A stretch of DNA of 64,000 bases from Marsupella aquatica. Lineage: Eukaryota; Plantae; Marchantiophyta. Shown one piece after another: positions 62,818 through 64,000 of the stretch (position 1 is its first letter; the number at the start of each line of letters is the position of its first letter). A program made the translations under genes and the position numbers. The stretch is taken from the NCBI GenBank assembly GCA_973895155.1, contig OZ316893.1:13978545-14042544 (forward strand). Direction: 5' to 3'. The notes under the pieces are model-generated. The model made no database searches. It saw only the letters and a list, made by a program, of their open reading frames with translations, and was not told the origin of the DNA.

Positions 62818-62829
62818 GCTCTGATACCA
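62818..62829 (-). promoter_or_regulatory. Primer-binding site (initiator tRNA-Met) of copia-2
   Basis: TGGTATCAGAGC on the minus strand, next to the 5' LTR. Confidence 0.95.
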
Positions 62830-62831
62830 CT

Positions 62832-63173
62832 TGTTGAGCATAGACGACATTCGCAACGGCAAGCCCATGAACCATTCAGCGCACAATAATCGACACAGAG
62901 AGATACGTGGTTCACCTCTACATGAGGCTACGTCCACGGGAACACACAAGAGCTTTACTGCACTCTAGGCCGACCGGCCATACCAAGCATCCACAGCACA
63001 AGCTCTCCCTATCTCTCAACTAGCTCCGTAACAATGAGCCTAAGTTCCACCAGGGTCTGACATCAGCCCTGGCTATATGCACACCAGCACTACCGCTAAC
63101 ATTAGCTAAGTCCTAACCCGAGTTACTAACTGTGGTTAGCTCATGAGTCACAAGACTAGAGCAATATCTAACA
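62832..63173 (-). repeat. 5' LTR of copia-2 (342 bp)
   Basis: Direct repeat of 56315-56658. Confidence 0.95.
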
Positions 63174-63214
63174 AACTTGACCCCGTGATACCCCAACGCC
63201 CCCCCCCCCCCCCG

Positions 63215-63616
63215 GTCTTGCACTCCCTCCCACGCTCTCGCCCTCCCCCACAACATTGCTTTCACAATAACACTTCTGGGACATGCTTTGCCCCAACGTA
63301 CATCTTTGCCACTTGACAATTTTTCTCACCTTGATATATTTTTCTCATCTTGACATCTTTTTATCTACTCAACATATTTTTCTCATGATCTTGCATTTTT
63401 TCTCTCCTTGACATCTTTTACTCACCTCCATGTCATTTTTCACATTGATATCATTTTCTGACCTTGACATCTTTCCTCTCCTTTACAACTTTTCTCCTTT
63501 ACATCCTTATCCTTTACATCCTTTGCTCACCTCCACATCTTCTATTACCTAGCCTTGACATCTTTTTTTTCTCTTTGACATCTTTTATCACCTTGACATC
63601 TTTTTGTGCAACCTAG
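63215..63616 (+). mobile_element. 3' remnant of the same non-autonomous Helitron family as 5170-7479
   Basis: TCTTGCACTC..CAACATTGCTTTCACAA resembles 5712-5770. TTGACATCTTT minisatellite. Ends TTTGTGCAAC-CTAG|T with the second arm of the hairpin missing. Confidence 0.7.
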
Positions 63617-64000
63617 TACATAATAATAGAGTTACAACTCAATGTTGGATACAAGCTCATGTCCAATACTAAGTCGTGCCCAAGTGAGTGGCAGTCAGTG
63701 CACCAGCATTTGCAGTGACAACCAATCCCTTGCAAATTCATTGGTGGTCTTCACTATGTTAGGCACTTGTTTTTGTCTCTACAGTTATTATCTAGCTGCA
63801 GTTAGCCAAATCGAAGTCAAGTGCTTGGTAAAGGCTAGATGTGTTACTGCTATATCCACTAGCCAGACTAGTTAGTGACTACAACAGGCTCATTGTTATG
63901 TAACCATTTGAGAAACAAAGTGAACTTAGTCCAAGGAGACTAGGTATAGTCTAGGCTTAGAGTTAAGGAAAAGTATTGTGTTCAAGGAGACTAGGTATAG

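Larger units (their letters stand above)
56315..63173 (-). mobile_element. Full-length, decayed Ty1/copia element related to copia-1
   Basis: LTRs 56315-56658 and 62832-63173 differ by about 4 substitutions and a 2-bp indel. PBS at 62818-62829, PPT at 56659-56670. gag/pol contain stops and frameshifts. No matching TSD. Confidence 0.95.

Noticed and set aside
1-64000. rRNA, tRNA or prokaryotic defence systems
   Set aside because: None recognisable. The only tRNA-related sequences are the two 12-nt PBS motifs.

Overview
Transposon-dense land-plant genomic DNA: spliceosomal introns, TTTAGGG motifs and a CYP71-clan P450. A bryophyte or other non-seed-plant host is my impression from the element types and is not proven. 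Only one intact host gene is supportable, a three-exon A-type cytochrome P450 (39966-42419, +, 525 aa). Around it lie: a non-autonomous Helitron (5170-7479); a full-length but decayed L1-type LINE with TSD (10367-16969, -); CACTA-, MULE- and MITE-like remnants; a Bianca-like copia remnant; a CRE-like (RT + restriction-like endonuclease) non-LTR element split by a young intact Ty1/copia (28612-35142, TSD CTCCC); a 12.7 kb intron-rich Helitron (43021-55719) disrupted by a solo LTR; and a second, decayed, related copia (56315-63173). Most notable observations: (1) both copia elements carry an in-frame UGA at the same position between gag and pol, and the codons just downstream look conserved at protein level, implying recoding or splicing; (2) the Helitron RepHel has an N-terminal extension of about 300 aa built from exons joined by six consecutive phase-2 introns and starting with a D-box-like motif; (3) the copia LTRs are modular and one family carries a variable-copy MYB/AC-element array; (4) a 115-bp LINE segment is copied into a repair-like junction 5.4 kb away. 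Coordinates were read by eye; percent identities were not computed.
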